This document shows, piece by piece, positions 20,443 through 31,380 of a stretch of DNA of 64,000 bases. The notes under the pieces are model-generated. The model made no database searches. It was not told the DNA's origin and worked only from the letters and a program-made list of their open reading frames with translations. Where the stretch lies: NCBI GenBank assembly GCA_048270185.1, contig JBLWTJ010000004.1:100605-164604 (forward strand), given 5' to 3'. This DNA comes from Bacteriovoracaceae bacterium. Lineage in GTDB: Bacteria; Bdellovibrionota; Bacteriovoracia; Bacteriovoracales; Bacteriovoracaceae. The number at the start of each line of letters is the position of its first letter. The stretch's first letter is position 1. Position numbers and translations under genes: made by a program.

Positions 20443-21354
20443 ATGAGGCTTTTTCTATTTGCGGCCATTTTAATTTCAACAATTTCAATTCAGGCCAAAT
20501 TACTAGATAAAATCAATGCTGTTGTTGATGAGCATATCATCACAAACTCAATGGTTTCTCGAGTGAAGAAATCTCTCCCTATTCGTCAAAATATTTCTCC
20601 TTTCATTTACAAGAAAGATCTTAAATACACTGAAAAGGAAATTTCAGAGTTATTCATTAGAAAATATATTATCCGAGCAACACTTGCTGAACAAGGTTAT
20701 GTCATTTCAGATGAAACTGTTGAAAAAGAAATTAAAAGAAAAGAGCAACGTCTAGGTCTAAGCCGAAAAGATCTAATCGCTTTTCTAAAAAAGAATAACA
20801 CAAACTTTGAAGAGTTCTTTGAGCTTAACAAAGAGGCCATCGAATTTAATCATTTCAACTCTGTTGTTATCATCCCTTTGATTTCAGTCAGTGAACAAGA
20901 AATTAAAAATGAATTCTTTAAAGAGAATCTAAATAATAAGACTGTTTCATATCGCTATACACTTGTGGATTTTTCAATCGATAGTGCAAAAGTTCCTAAG
21001 AGCAAGTATAAGCATTTTAAAGCGGCCCTAGAATCATTTCAAAAAGGTGGACCTCTACCAAGTCAATATTCTTCAATTGAAACATCAACTCTTGGGGATA
21101 TCACAGCTGATGGACTAACAAAGCAACTCCAACAACTTCTTAACAAAACACAAGAAGGTGAATTTACACAACCTATTGAGATGATGGGTGCGACACATAG
21201 TTTCTTTGTTAAAACGAGAGATGTTGTTGAATCGACTTTATTTCAAAATTCAAAGAATCAAATACGTGCAAAACTTTATGAAGAAAAAGCTAAGGAAGTT
21301 ACGCAAATGTGGTTTGAGCGTGAAAAGCAAAATCACTACGTAAAAATGTACTAA
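20443..21354 (+). CDS. surA: SurA N-terminal-domain chaperone
   Basis: Signal peptide and LLDKINAVVDEHIIT (SurA_N-like), with a degenerate parvulin C-terminus. Directly upstream of pdxA, as in the conserved surA-pdxA arrangement. AGAGG RBS before ATG 20443. Confidence 0.75.
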   Translation: MRLFLFAAILISTISIQAKLLDKINAVVDEHIITNSMVSRVKKSLPIRQNISPFIYKKDLKYTEKEISELFIRKYIIRATLAEQGYVISDETVEKEIKRKEQRLGLSRKDLIAFLKKNNTNFEEFFELNKEAIEFNHFNSVVIIPLISVSEQEIKNEFFKENLNNKTVSYRYTLVDFSIDSAKVPKSKYKHFKAALESFQKGGPLPSQYSSIETSTLGDITADGLTKQLQQLLNKTQEGEFTQPIEMMGATHSFFVKTRDVVESTLFQNSKNQIRAKLYEEKAKEVTQMWFEREKQNHYVKMY

Positions 21355-22202
21355 TGATTTATGTTACGGCCGGACACGAAAGAGGAATAGGACTCGAGGT
21401 TTTCTTAAAAGCCTACGGACTTCTTTCATCTGGCCAACAATCTAAGTTTCATCTTTTTGTCGGTGAAGAGTTTGAGAAACTACTTCCACAAAATCTAAAA
21501 TACACACTTGTTAAAAAGCCATATTCACATAATGCCCTTGAGCAAGCCTGTGATATTTGTAAGACTGACGATATTCTCGTCACTATGCCAACGACCAAAG
21601 ATGAACTTTTCTTCGAAGACAAGAAGGTTTCGGGCCATACTGAGTATTTTAGAAAGCGCTACGATAATGATAATATCGTTATGTTCTTCAAATCTTATGA
21701 GGCCAATGTTCTGCTCATAACGGATCACATTCCTCTTAAAGAAGTTCCCCTAAGAATAAATGCTGAACTTATTCACGATAAAGTTAAGATTTGTGTGGAT
21801 AATTATACAAAATACTTTGGTGAACTTTCTCAAATCATTATAAGTGGTATTAATCCACACGCCGGGGAAGGTGGCATATTAGGTAGTGAAGAAAGTGTCA
21901 TTACAGAGGCCATTGAAAATTTAAAAGTTAAGCAAGATGTAAGTGGTCCTCTACCGGCAGATGGCCTATTCTTAAATAATAGTTTCAGACATGATCACCT
22001 CTATGTCTATATGTACCATGATCAAGGACTTGCTCCATTTAAGACATTATTCAAGTCAAAAGGGGCCAATATAACTTTTGGTCTTCCCTTTTTAAGAATT
22101 AGTGTTGATCACGGGACGGCCTTTGATCTATATGGTAAAGATTGTGCAAATTACATGGGTGCTTTCTATGTTTTAAAGATGGCCCTAAAAACTCATAGGT
22201 AA
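21354..22202 (+). CDS. pdxA: 4-hydroxythreonine-4-phosphate dehydrogenase PdxA family
   Basis: Motifs [46 protein letters not shown]. Confidence 0.93.
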   Translation: MIYVTAGHERGIGLEVFLKAYGLLSSGQQSKFHLFVGEEFEKLLPQNLKYTLVKKPYSHNALEQACDICKTDDILVTMPTTKDELFFEDKKVSGHTEYFRKRYDNDNIVMFFKSYEANVLLITDHIPLKEVPLRINAELIHDKVKICVDNYTKYFGELSQIIISGINPHAGEGGILGSEESVITEAIENLKVKQDVSGPLPADGLFLNNSFRHDHLYVYMYHDQGLAPFKTLFKSKGANITFGLPFLRISVDHGTAFDLYGKDCANYMGAFYVLKMALKTHR

Positions 22203-22206
22203 AACC

Positions 22207-25014
22207 ATGAATGATGAAATTAAAATTGTAAAAGCTCGTGTCCATAATCTTAAAGACGTCACAATTAATATTCCAAAGAATAAACTAACTGTTATTACTG
22301 GACCTTCTGGCTCAGGGAAAAGTTCACTTGCATTTGACACTGTTTATGCCGAAGGACAAAGACGTTATATTGAATCTCTATCTTCTTATGCAAGACAGTT
22401 TCTAGGACAACAACAAGCTCCTGATGTTGAATCAATAACAGGTCTATCTCCTGCTATTGCTATTGATCAAAAAACAACTAATAAGAATCCTCGCTCAACT
22501 GTTGGAACTATTACTGAAGTTTATGATTATATGCGTGTTCTCTATGCGCGAGTTGGAGATCTCTATGACCCTAATAACGGAGAGAAAGTTGTAAGCTATA
22601 CTCCAGGACAGATCACACGTGATCTTATGACTTTGCCAGAAAAGACTAAACTACATATTACAGTTGAAATTACAGACGAGACAAAGAAGGCCCTTGAGCA
22701 ACAAATGGCCAAGTATCTCTCAATGGGATTCTCTCGCTTTATTGTTAATGATGAGATCATGCTACTTGATTCTAGTGAAATCAAATCACTTAAGGCCGAA
22801 GATGAAATCCTTGTTGTAATTGATCGTATCTTAGTAAAACCAGATATTGAAAAGAGACTTACTGATTCAGTTGAACTAGGTTTAAAACTTGGACAAGGTA
22901 TTATCCACGTTATGATCAATGATGATTTTCATACTTATTCTGAAATCAACATGTCTCATGTAACTGGAGAAGTTTTTCCAGACCTTGAGCCACGATTATT
23001 TTCTTTTAACTCACCAGTTGGTGCCTGTGGAAAATGTAATGGCCTTGGCGAATCGAAAGAATTTGTTCTTAGTGAGCTTATTTTTGATGATTCACTTCCA
23101 ATTCTTAAAGGAGCCATCCCTCTTCTTACAAAAAAGAATAACTTTCTCTACAAAATGGTTGAGTGCATGCTCACTGAAGAGGGCTTTGATATTAAGAAAC
23201 CAATGAACACAATGCCTAAGAAGTGTTTCAAAATTCTGACAGAAGGTGGAGATAAGATCTATACTTATAAGTTTAAATCTGAAAACTCAAACTTTGAATT
23301 CTCTAAACCTTTCCCAGGATTAATAAACTGGCTGAATAAGAAATACATGGAATCGACAAGTGAGCGCGTAAGAAGTGAACTTGAAAAGAGCATGAAGGTA
23401 CAAAAATGTTCTGACTGTGGTGGTAAAAGATTAAATGAGATTGCCCTTAGTACAAAGGTCGGTAATAAGAATATTATTGAACTATGTGATATCCCCCTAA
23501 GTGAGACATATGATTTCTTCGATAATTTAAAACTTGAAGGTATCAAGGAAAAGATTGGCGCTAAGCTCCTCGTAGAGATAACTTCTCGACTCAAGTTCCT
23601 AAATGATGTCGGTCTTGATTACTTAACACTAAACCGCTCTGCTAGAACTTTAAGTGGTGGTGAATCACAACGTATAAGGCTTGCGACTCAAATTGGTTCC
23701 GCACTCTCAGGAGTCCTCTATGTTTTAGATGAACCAAGTATTGGACTTCATCAAAGAGATAATGTTCGCCTGATCAAGACTTTAAAAGAGCTTAGAGATC
23801 TTGGAAATACAGTCTTAGTTGTTGAACACGATGAAGATACGATGAAGGCCAGCGACTATATTATTGATATGGGCCCAGGTGCCGGTGTACATGGTGGAGA
23901 AATCGTTGCTCATGCTATTTCAAAAGATTTTTTAAAGAAAAAATCACTAACAGCTGATTACTTGAATCATAAAGTAACGATCCCTGTACCAAAAGAGAGA
24001 AGAAAACTTACTAAAACAATTAAGTTAAAAGGTGCCGAACATAATAACTTAAAGAAAGTTAATGTCGAATTTCCTCTAGGTGGACTAGTGTGTATCTCAG
24101 GTGTTTCTGGCTCAGGTAAATCTACACTTATTCATGAAGTATTAATACCTGCAGTTAAGACTGGATTAACTAGAATAAACAAGTCAATCTACGACAAAGC
24201 AAACTACCAATCAATTACTGGTGTTAGTGATATTAAAACTGTCATTGAGTTAGACCAGTCTCCAATTGGCAGAACACCACACTCAAACCCTGCAACTTAT
24301 TCAGGACTCTTTGATGATGTCAGAAAATTATTTGCAGCTACAAACGAATCACAAATAAGAGGTTACAAACCTGGTCGCTTTAGCTTCAACGTAAAAGGTG
24401 GCCGCTGTGAAGAATGTGAAGGTAATGGTGTTCAAAAAATTGAGATGCACTTTCTACCTGATGTCTATGTGACATGCAATGAGTGTAACGGACGTCGATA
24501 TAATAACGAAACTCTTTCAGTTCTTTATAAAGGAAAATCTGTTGCCGATATTCTCGAGATGACGATTGAAGAAGGTTATGAATTCTTTAAAAATCATAAA
24601 CGACTAGGTCGAATTCTTAAAACCATGAATGATGTCGGACTTGGTTATATGACACTAGGGCAACCGGCAACAACTCTATCTGGCGGAGAGGCCCAAAGAC
24701 TTAAGCTTGCCAGAGAACTTGCTAAGTCAACAAAGGGACACACCCTCTATGTACTTGATGAGCCCACGACTGGATTACACTTTGAAGATATAAAAGTATT
24801 AATGAAAGCAATTAATGATCTCGTGGAAAGTGATAATTCTGTTTTAATCATTGAACATAATCTCGATGTACTAAAAGTCGCTGATCATATAATTGACCTC
24901 GGTCCAGAAGGTGGACATCGTGGAGGAACAATTGTTGCTGCAGGAACACCTGAAGAAGTAGCTAAAGTTAAAGCTTCTCACACTGGACAATTTTTAAAAG
25001 CGGTACTTAAGTAA
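22207..25014 (+). CDS. uvrA: Excinuclease ABC subunit A
   Basis: Motif [20 protein letters not shown], two ABC cassettes ([28 protein letters not shown]) and zinc fingers. Confidence 0.98.
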   Translation: MNDEIKIVKARVHNLKDVTINIPKNKLTVITGPSGSGKSSLAFDTVYAEGQRRYIESLSSYARQFLGQQQAPDVESITGLSPAIAIDQKTTNKNPRSTVGTITEVYDYMRVLYARVGDLYDPNNGEKVVSYTPGQITRDLMTLPEKTKLHITVEITDETKKALEQQMAKYLSMGFSRFIVNDEIMLLDSSEIKSLKAEDEILVVIDRILVKPDIEKRLTDSVELGLKLGQGIIHVMINDDFHTYSEINMSHVTGEVFPDLEPRLFSFNSPVGACGKCNGLGESKEFVLSELIFDDSLPILKGAIPLLTKKNNFLYKMVECMLTEEGFDIKKPMNTMPKKCFKILTEGGDKIYTYKFKSENSNFEFSKPFPGLINWLNKKYMESTSERVRSELEKSMKVQKCSDCGGKRLNEIALSTKVGNKNIIELCDIPLSETYDFFDNLKLEGIKEKIGAKLLVEITSRLKFLNDVGLDYLTLNRSARTLSGGESQRIRLATQIGSALSGVLYVLDEPSIGLHQRDNVRLIKTLKELRDLGNTVLVVEHDEDTMKASDYIIDMGPGAGVHGGEIVAHAISKDFLKKKSLTADYLNHKVTIPVPKERRKLTKTIKLKGAEHNNLKKVNVEFPLGGLVCISGVSGSGKSTLIHEVLIPAVKTGLTRINKSIYDKANYQSITGVSDIKTVIELDQSPIGRTPHSNPATYSGLFDDVRKLFAATNESQIRGYKPGRFSFNVKGGRCEECEGNGVQKIEMHFLPDVYVTCNECNGRRYNNETLSVLYKGKSVADILEMTIEEGYEFFKNHKRLGRILKTMNDVGLGYMTLGQPATTLSGGEAQRLKLARELAKSTKGHTLYVLDEPTTGLHFEDIKVLMKAINDLVESDNSVLIIEHNLDVLKVADHIIDLGPEGGHRGGTIVAAGTPEEVAKVKASHTGQFLKAVLK

Positions 25015-25745
25015 TGGAAGAATTTTACAATTTAAAAGATAAGAACTTAATCAAAGAAGACTATTGTATTGCTGAGACTGAAAAGGTCGTTTGCAAAGCA
25101 CTACGTTCAAACCATAAAGTCGAAAAAGTTCTAGCAACTCAAGAGTTCTATGATGCAAATAAGGAATTAATCGATACAAATAGTGATGAAGTCTTTATTC
25201 GTACGAAAGATGAAATGCAAGAAATTACAGGGTTCAAACTACATCATGGAATTCTTGCAAAGGTTCATACAACAGGCCTTAAGAAGATTGAAGAATTAGG
25301 TAATAAAATCTTAATCTTTAATGGTGTCACTTCACCGGAGAATGTTGGAACTATGACTCGAGCGGCAATGGCCTTTGGCTTTGATTCGATTATCTATGAT
25401 GCAAAGAGTGCCTCTCCTTATCTTAGACGATGTATTCGAGTTTCTATGGGAAATGCTTTTGAAGCGAATGTTTGTAAGTCAGAAAATCTAACAAGTGATA
25501 TAACTAAGCTACAAGAATTAGGCTATAACGTCTGTGCAACGGCCAATGAAGAAGGTGCCATTTCAATTGCTGATTACAAGTATCCTGAAAAAATTTGTAT
25601 TGTCATTGGTAATGAAGGTAATGGAATGGATCGAGAAGTAATTGAAGCTTGTGATAAGAAATTGTTTATTCCCATAACTAATTATGTTGCACACCTTAAT
25701 GCTGCCAGTGCTGCATCAATTTTTCTTTACCATTCTATCTTTTAA
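25014..25745 (+). CDS. TrmH/SpoU-family RNA methyltransferase
   Basis: SPOUT motifs PENVGTMTRAA, IGNEGNG, IPI...HLNAASA. Confidence 0.92.
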   Translation: MEEFYNLKDKNLIKEDYCIAETEKVVCKALRSNHKVEKVLATQEFYDANKELIDTNSDEVFIRTKDEMQEITGFKLHHGILAKVHTTGLKKIEELGNKILIFNGVTSPENVGTMTRAAMAFGFDSIIYDAKSASPYLRRCIRVSMGNAFEANVCKSENLTSDITKLQELGYNVCATANEEGAISIADYKYPEKICIVIGNEGNGMDREVIEACDKKLFIPITNYVAHLNAASAASIFLYHSIF

Positions 25746-25849
25746 TTTAGATTTATTTAAACTGACATAAATGAGCTACACCTATAACTTAGGCCTATCA
25801 GCTCTACACCACACACCGATAGAGATTGATTAATTTCGTTTTCCGTCAT

Positions 25850-25884
25850 AAAAAAGGCCTCCGAATTTTGGAGGCCTTTCTTTT
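25850..25884. terminator. Bidirectional intrinsic terminator between the convergent TrmH gene and ribH
   Basis: AAAAAAGGCCTCC-GAATTTT-GGAGGCCTTTCTTTT: 10-bp stem flanked by A and T tracts. Confidence 0.9.
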
Positions 25885-25902
25885 ATCTAAATGTATTTTT
25901 AA

Positions 25903-26370
25903 TTATTCAATTGTTTTAAGAAGAGTTGCCATTTCAATTGCTGACATTGCTGCTTCCCAACCTTTATTCCCTGCTTTTGTTCCTGCTCTTTCAATTGCTT
26001 GTTCAATTGAATCAACTGTAAGCACTCCAAAGGCAACTGGTACACCTGTCTCAAGAGAAACTCTTGCTACACCTTTTGCAACTTCACCAGATACATAGTC
26101 AAAGTGTGGAGTTGACCCACGAATAACTGCACCAAGAGTGATGATCCCATCATACTTTTTCGTTGCTGCAAGTCTTTGCGCTACTAATGGAATTTCAAAT
26201 GCGCCTGGAACCCAAGCAATATCCATATCTTCTACATCACCATCATGTCTTTTAATACAATCAACAGCACCACCTAATAACTTGCTTGTGATAAGCTCGT
26301 TAAAACGTCCTGCAACGATTGCAAATTTCTTTCCAGATGCATTTAAGTTACCTTCTAGATTTCTAGGCAT
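25903..26370 (-). CDS. ribH: 6,7-dimethyl-8-ribityllumazine synthase
   Basis: Motifs [38 protein letters not shown]. Confidence 0.98.
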   Translation of the reverse strand: MPRNLEGNLNASGKKFAIVAGRFNELITSKLLGGAVDCIKRHDGDVEDMDIAWVPGAFEIPLVAQRLAATKKYDGIITLGAVIRGSTPHFDYVSGEVAKGVARVSLETGVPVAFGVLTVDSIEQAIERAGTKAGNKGWEAAMSAIEMATLLKTIE

Positions 26371-27010
26371 GTGTTTCTCCTAATTGTGTTGCACTCTCAC
26401 CAAGTGCATCCTTTCTATATTTGATTAAGTCTTTAATTGTTATAAATTTAAGATTGTGCTTTTTTGCGATTTCGCTAAGCTCATCTGCTTTTGCCATTGT
26501 TCCATCTTCGCTCATAATTTCACAAATCACACCTGAAGGGTGGCAACCTGCAATTCGAGCAAGATCAACTGCTGCTTCAGTATGACCATCTCTTTCTAAT
26601 ACTCCACCATCTTTTGCAATTAGTGGAAAGATATGTCCTGGTCTCATGAAGCTATCTGGAGTTGAATCAGCATTTGTTAGAAGAGATACAGTTAAGGCGC
26701 GATCAGCACATGAAATTCCTGTCCCACCATTTGCGGCATCAATTGAAACCGTAAAAGCTGTGTGATGAACAGAATCATTTTGAGCAACCATTAAAGGTAG
26801 TTCCAGCTCTAGTGCTCTCTTCTTTGTAATAGGTGTACAGATAAGTCCACGTCCAACTGTGGCCATAAAGTTGATTGCCTCAGGTGTAATGCGATCAGCT
26901 GCCATAACAAAGTCACCTTCATTCTCGCGATCTTCATCATCAATTACAATCACCATCTTACCAAGGCGAATATCTTCAATTGCATCTTCAATTTTATCAA
27001 AATTAATCAT
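26363..27010 (-). CDS. ribB: 3,4-dihydroxy-2-butanone-4-phosphate synthase (stand-alone, no RibA domain)
   Basis: Motifs [38 protein letters not shown]. The ORF ends at 215 aa. Confidence 0.96.
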   Translation of the reverse strand: MINFDKIEDAIEDIRLGKMVIVIDDEDRENEGDFVMAADRITPEAINFMATVGRGLICTPITKKRALELELPLMVAQNDSVHHTAFTVSIDAANGGTGISCADRALTVSLLTNADSTPDSFMRPGHIFPLIAKDGGVLERDGHTEAAVDLARIAGCHPSGVICEIMSEDGTMAKADELSEIAKKHNLKFITIKDLIKYRKDALGESATQLGETHA

Positions 27011-27653
27011 TTAAAAACGACTCCAAACTCGACGTTGTGTCTGTATTACTACGTCTAGCACCATTAAAAAGCAAGTTTTCAATATATTTTCCAAGGATAT
27101 CCACTTCAATATTTACAAGGCTTTGAACACTTCGATTGCGAAGAACTGTATTTTGCCAAGTATGCGGAATTATAGAAAGCTGAAATGAACAATCGGCTTT
27201 AAAAACATCACTTACAGTTAGTGATATCCCATCGATCGTGACAGAGCCTTCTTTGACAATATATTTCATTTGCTTTGAACTAACTTTTACAGTGACAAGA
27301 TAGTTCTGCCCCATATTTCTTATTTGAGTAATCTGTCCAACGTCATTAACGTGACCTTGAACGATATGGCCTCCAAGTCGATCACTTGCTCTTAGTGCAA
27401 GTTCAAGATTAACTTCATCGCCCTGGCGAAGACTACCAAGTGTCGTCTTCTCAATTGTAGTGTGGACGGCCTGGACAACAAATGTTGAATCCGTTAACTT
27501 TACTGCCGTCTGACATGCGCCATTTATCGAAACTGAATCATCGATTGCTATTTCAGGAAGAAGCTCTTTTGATTGAACTTCAATAAGTTTCCCTTCAGCA
27601 TTTGAGCTGACGCGAACAACTTTACCAATTTCTTTTACTAAACCTGTAAACAT
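27003..27653 (-). CDS. ribE: Riboflavin synthase alpha chain
   Basis: MFTGLV N-terminus, [34 protein letters not shown]. Confidence 0.97.
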   Translation of the reverse strand: MFTGLVKEIGKVVRVSSNAEGKLIEVQSKELLPEIAIDDSVSINGACQTAVKLTDSTFVVQAVHTTIEKTTLGSLRQGDEVNLELALRASDRLGGHIVQGHVNDVGQITQIRNMGQNYLVTVKVSSKQMKYIVKEGSVTIDGISLTVSDVFKADCSFQLSIIPHTWQNTVLRNRSVQSLVNIEVDILGKYIENLLFNGARRSNTDTTSSLESFLND

Positions 27654-28781
27654 CTAATTTCCAATTTCAAACATGGCCTGTTGACCAATATTTCTAACAA
27701 CAACATTTTCAAAGTTAAGAGCATCACTCATTTGAGAAAGCTCTTCATTGAAGTAACTAATGCCATTTCCAAGAATCTTTGGAGCGACAAATATTGTCAT
27801 CTTATCTGCTAATTTATTTTTTAGAATTGTTGAGGCCAGCATTCCACCACCTTCAACAAGGATTGATTGAATACCAATGGCCTTAAGCTGTGCCAATGCA
27901 TCCTCAATAATCACTTCACCCTTATCTGCTTTTGCAAAAACAATTCGAATTCTCTTGTCTGTAAAGAACTTTACAACATCGTCGGCCGCTGCTTGATAGT
28001 CAGCACCAGTTGTAACAATAACAGTCTTATGAGTATGTTCGTCATTAAAGATTTTAGATAGTGGATCCATCTTTGAAATTGATCCCATAACAATTCGATA
28101 AGGAACCTTACCGCTGTCATCAAGTCCAAAACGAATATTTAAACTTGGATCATCATTATTGAGAGTTTTTCTTCCAACCATGACACCGTCATATTTCTTG
28201 CGATAAGCGTGAACCATCATGCGTGCATTTTCATCAGTTATCCACTTAGAATCACCACTCATTGTTGATAATTTACCATCTAGAGTTTGGGCCAGCTTTA
28301 AGTGAATATATGGAAGCTTTGACTTCATGGTTTTAAAAAAGATTTCATTAAGTGCTTTTGCTTCTTCTTCTAAAATCCCTACTTTACATTCAATTCCAGC
28401 AGCTTCTAAAATCTTAATTCCATTTCCTGCAACTTCAGGATTTGGATCAAGACAGGCCACAACAACACGGCTAAAGCCAGCTTTTAAAAGTGCATTTGTA
28501 CATGGAGGAGTTCTCTTATTTGTGTGACAACATGGCTCAAGCGTTACATAGATTGTTGCGCCCTTAATTTCTGCTTGTTGCCCTTCAGAAACATTTGAAA
28601 TTGCCGCAGGTTCTGCATGCGGGCCACCGGCCTTAATATGCCAGCCCTTCCCGAGAATAATTCCATCCTTAACAATGACTGCACCAACCATAGGGTTTGG
28701 TGATGTCGTTCCCTCACCTTTTTGTGCGAGATCGAGGGCCATTCTCATATATGCTAAATCACGTAATTCCTGCTTTTCCAT
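27654..28781 (-). CDS. ribD: Bifunctional diaminohydroxyphosphoribosylaminopyrimidine deaminase/reductase
   Basis: Motifs PNPMVGAVIV, HAE, YVTLEPCCH, TPPC, TLDGK, SKWIT, ILVEGG. Confidence 0.97.
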   Translation of the reverse strand: MEKQELRDLAYMRMALDLAQKGEGTTSPNPMVGAVIVKDGIILGKGWHIKAGGPHAEPAAISNVSEGQQAEIKGATIYVTLEPCCHTNKRTPPCTNALLKAGFSRVVVACLDPNPEVAGNGIKILEAAGIECKVGILEEEAKALNEIFFKTMKSKLPYIHLKLAQTLDGKLSTMSGDSKWITDENARMMVHAYRKKYDGVMVGRKTLNNDDPSLNIRFGLDDSGKVPYRIVMGSISKMDPLSKIFNDEHTHKTVIVTTGADYQAAADDVVKFFTDKRIRIVFAKADKGEVIIEDALAQLKAIGIQSILVEGGGMLASTILKNKLADKMTIFVAPKILGNGISYFNEELSQMSDALNFENVVVRNIGQQAMFEIGN

Positions 28782-28986
28782 GTCCTTGAAATACCATAAA
28801 TCGAGGCCCCTTAAAAGCTACCGATTTGTATTTGGTACATCTTATATGCTCTATAGAGTATCTATAGACTATCGCCTCATCATGTTCATAATTTCAATCA
28901 CTTAGGCTTCTATCAAATATTTATACGGCTACTAAATAAATTTCACTTCCGGCCCTATCTCCTCAAAACTTCGCTATATTCTCATT

Positions 28987-30159
28987 ATGAACAAGTTAGT
29001 AATTCCATTCATTCTGGCCTTGGCCCTAGCATCTTGCTCAAAAGATGCGGCCCAAACTCTCGGTACTGTAGGTATCCAGGGTGACGATGTCACAAAGAAT
29101 GATGTGACGATTCTAACGACAAAGCTTTCAGACTTCTGCTCATTTGATAAAGAAGTCGAGTGTATCGATGGCCTTGTTTCAGTTATTACTTCCGACAAAG
29201 AGACAACATGTGCAGGTATTGCAATCACAGAGAACGAAGTACTTTTATCTAAAAACTGTAGCCTTGATTTAGACTTCAAAAAAATACAAACTCGTGCTGG
29301 GAAATTGATCGACATCGAAAGAGTCGAGACTTCTCTAATTAATGAGTTTGGTGATGAAGTTCTAAAACTAACTCTTACTAAAAATATTGATACACAATCA
29401 ACTATCTCACTTCCAGACTCTGAAGATAAAGTGATTAACCTCATTCACTTTAATGAAGCAGGTGAAGTTAAGTCACAAAAATGTGAACTAACATATGCCT
29501 CACTCGCATATGCTAATTCATTTAATAATGAATCCCAGCTTCTTAATATTAAAAACTGCAAAGGCGTGAAAGAAGGTTCACTTATAACTCAAGGTGAGCG
29601 TGCGATTGGTTTCCTAACTAAGAAGCATGCAGAGATTGAGCTATATGAGGGGATTAGTCTTGAGGGAGAACGAGTTAATAAAACAATACATGAAAAAATA
29701 ATTGATATAAGTTTCGCAATCGATACAGAAGACTCTATTTTTTTAGCATATCTAGCATTTGCATCACCTCTAAATGAAACACCTGATGTTATTGAAAATG
29801 TTTCTTATAACTCATTTGAATTTAGCTATATTTCTAAAATAAATTGTATTAAATCTATTTCTAACATCATTTTATCTGACAGTAATAATAGAATTGTTTT
29901 TGATAATTCACTGAATGAGCTTAACAATAATACTAAAATTTCTACTATTAATTTAAAGAATTACATTCCTAGAAATCGATTACATATCGATCACAATATC
30001 ATTATTAATATCCCAGAAAATTTTAATTACATAATGACAACTGAACAATTAAGCTCACTTAAGAAAATTAAAACGAGCTTCAATCGCAATAGTGATTATT
30101 ATAAAGTAAAATACGACAGTAGAATTATGAAATTTCATCAATTAAGGAAATGTAATTGA
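28987..30159 (+). CDS. Hypothetical lipoprotein with a degenerate trypsin-like motif
   Basis: Lipobox LALAS-C. CAGIAITENEVLLSKNC has the chymotrypsin C42-C58 spacing. The C-terminal third is AT-rich. Confidence 0.7.
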   Translation: MNKLVIPFILALALASCSKDAAQTLGTVGIQGDDVTKNDVTILTTKLSDFCSFDKEVECIDGLVSVITSDKETTCAGIAITENEVLLSKNCSLDLDFKKIQTRAGKLIDIERVETSLINEFGDEVLKLTLTKNIDTQSTISLPDSEDKVINLIHFNEAGEVKSQKCELTYASLAYANSFNNESQLLNIKNCKGVKEGSLITQGERAIGFLTKKHAEIELYEGISLEGERVNKTIHEKIIDISFAIDTEDSIFLAYLAFASPLNETPDVIENVSYNSFEFSYISKINCIKSISNIILSDSNNRIVFDNSLNELNNNTKISTINLKNYIPRNRLHIDHNIIINIPENFNYIMTTEQLSSLKKIKTSFNRNSDYYKVKYDSRIMKFHQLRKCN

Positions 30160-30179
30160 AAAGACGGCTTACGCCGCCC
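30159..30179 (-). terminator. Intrinsic terminator downstream of 30184..30609
   Basis: The minus strand reads GGGCGGC-GTAA-GCCGTCT-TTT (GNRA loop, G-U pairs, short U tract). Confidence 0.6.
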
Positions 30180-30183
30180 TCAA

Positions 30184-30609
30184 TTAAAAGTTGAAATCTT
30201 TAATCTTATAATTTTCAAATTTTACACTCTTCTTTAAATATAGCTCTAGAAACCTAGAATTAAATGTACCTCTTCTACTTTTAACATTTGATGATACACC
30301 GTTAACTTCTATTTGTTTATCATAATACTTATCTATTAAGTCGATTTTTTTAACACCTAATAATCTACTCTTCGTCTTGAGTAGCCATTGGTCATTTACT
30401 GCATCAAATTTGTAATCTCCGGTTTTCAAAGTAATTAAGTCATCACTCCATCCCCCACCGCCTAACGACGCCGTTAGATCTATAATGTTTAATTTTTTAG
30501 ACATTGGTAATGTATTTGAATTACCACCTGTTTCAGAGGCAAGATTTGGTAGAGTAAATTGTTGTCCAAAAATACTTATACAAAATAAAAAGCTTATTAT
30601 TAATTTCAT
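30184..30609 (-). CDS. Hypothetical secreted protein
   Basis: Signal peptide MKLIISFLFCISIFG. Lies 9 bp downstream of the HTH gene. Confidence 0.7.
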   Translation of the reverse strand: MKLIISFLFCISIFGQQFTLPNLASETGGNSNTLPMSKKLNIIDLTASLGGGGWSDDLITLKTGDYKFDAVNDQWLLKTKSRLLGVKKIDLIDKYYDKQIEVNGVSSNVKSRRGTFNSRFLELYLKKSVKFENYKIKDFNF

Positions 30610-30618
30610 AGTTATTCC

Positions 30619-31380
30619 TTATTTAATGTTACGAATTATATTTCCAATTAAAACTACATCATCACCCTGAAGCTCTGGCTTATTCATCAGTTTTCTTATC
30701 TGAAAGATATATTCATCTGTAAGTTCCGTAAATTGAGCACTAGCCTTCTTCAGATCCACTGATGCATACCAAGTATTCCTCATCGTATTAACTGGTGACC
30801 CTGTTTCGTTAATTTCATTACAAATATCTTCATGGATAAATGACAATATCTTATTAAGAGTAAAATCTGTAATTAATGCATTATCAGATGAAGCAAAAAA
30901 TCTACCGTCTTTATTACTTAGAACACCCTTTGCTGCTAACTTCATAAAAGTTGCATGCCCCTTACGTCCATACTCTTGTAAAACATAGTTTTCACTTAAT
31001 CCTGCTTTAGTTGTAGCTAACATCATCATTTTATAAGTAGCTGCATCATGGAAATACTTCTCTGTAGATTCATCAAGTTGTTGTAATTTACTACTTTCCA
31101 CAAAATGCCCAAACAAACTCTCATGCACCTCCGGAAAATAAGACCTAACAAACTCAGCAGTTTCTTGCTTAGTACAAAGTCCATTCAAAACCGTGACACA
31201 AATGTCGAGTCCAGGGTTTCGAACGTCTCCCATTTCGAGACGATGAAATGTCGATGGCGGTAGGCCAAGACGGCGAGCAATTTGATTACTGCTCAGGCGT
31301 TGGTGGGCCTTCTTGTATTTACGAATCTTGTCGCGCAAGACTTCGTTTACCGATGGCCTCTCCAGATAAATCTGCTCCAT
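30619..31380 (-). CDS. XRE-like HTH domain protein
   Basis: N-terminal LSSNQIARRLGLPPSTFHRLEMG (HTH_XRE pattern) and a strong GGAGGGAG RBS. Confidence 0.8.
   Translation of the reverse strand: MEQIYLERPSVNEVLRDKIRKYKKAHQRLSSNQIARRLGLPPSTFHRLEMGDVRNPGLDICVTVLNGLCTKQETAEFVRSYFPEVHESLFGHFVESSKLQQLDESTEKYFHDAATYKMMMLATTKAGLSENYVLQEYGRKGHATFMKLAAKGVLSNKDGRFFASSDNALITDFTLNKILSFIHEDICNEINETGSPVNTMRNTWYASVDLKKASAQFTELTDEYIFQIRKLMNKPELQGDDVVLIGNIIRNIK

Noticed and set aside
25826..26383. Track ORFs 25826..26098 and 26138..26383 (+)
   Set aside because: Antisense shadows of ribH; the first also crosses the terminator.
28849..28868. Short palindrome CTCTATAGAG with repeated TCTATAGA upstream of ribD
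   Set aside because: Too short and AT-rich to distinguish from chance.
28925..28960. FMN riboswitch upstream of ribD (minus strand reads AGGGCCGGAAGTGAAATT)
   Set aside because: Only a superficial match to AGGGCGGGGTGAAATTCCC. The following CCxACCGGCGGT and the downstream conserved blocks are absent.
28974..29444. 156-aa minus-strand ORF
   Set aside because: Antisense shadow of the lipoprotein gene, Ser-rich as expected for a reverse frame.
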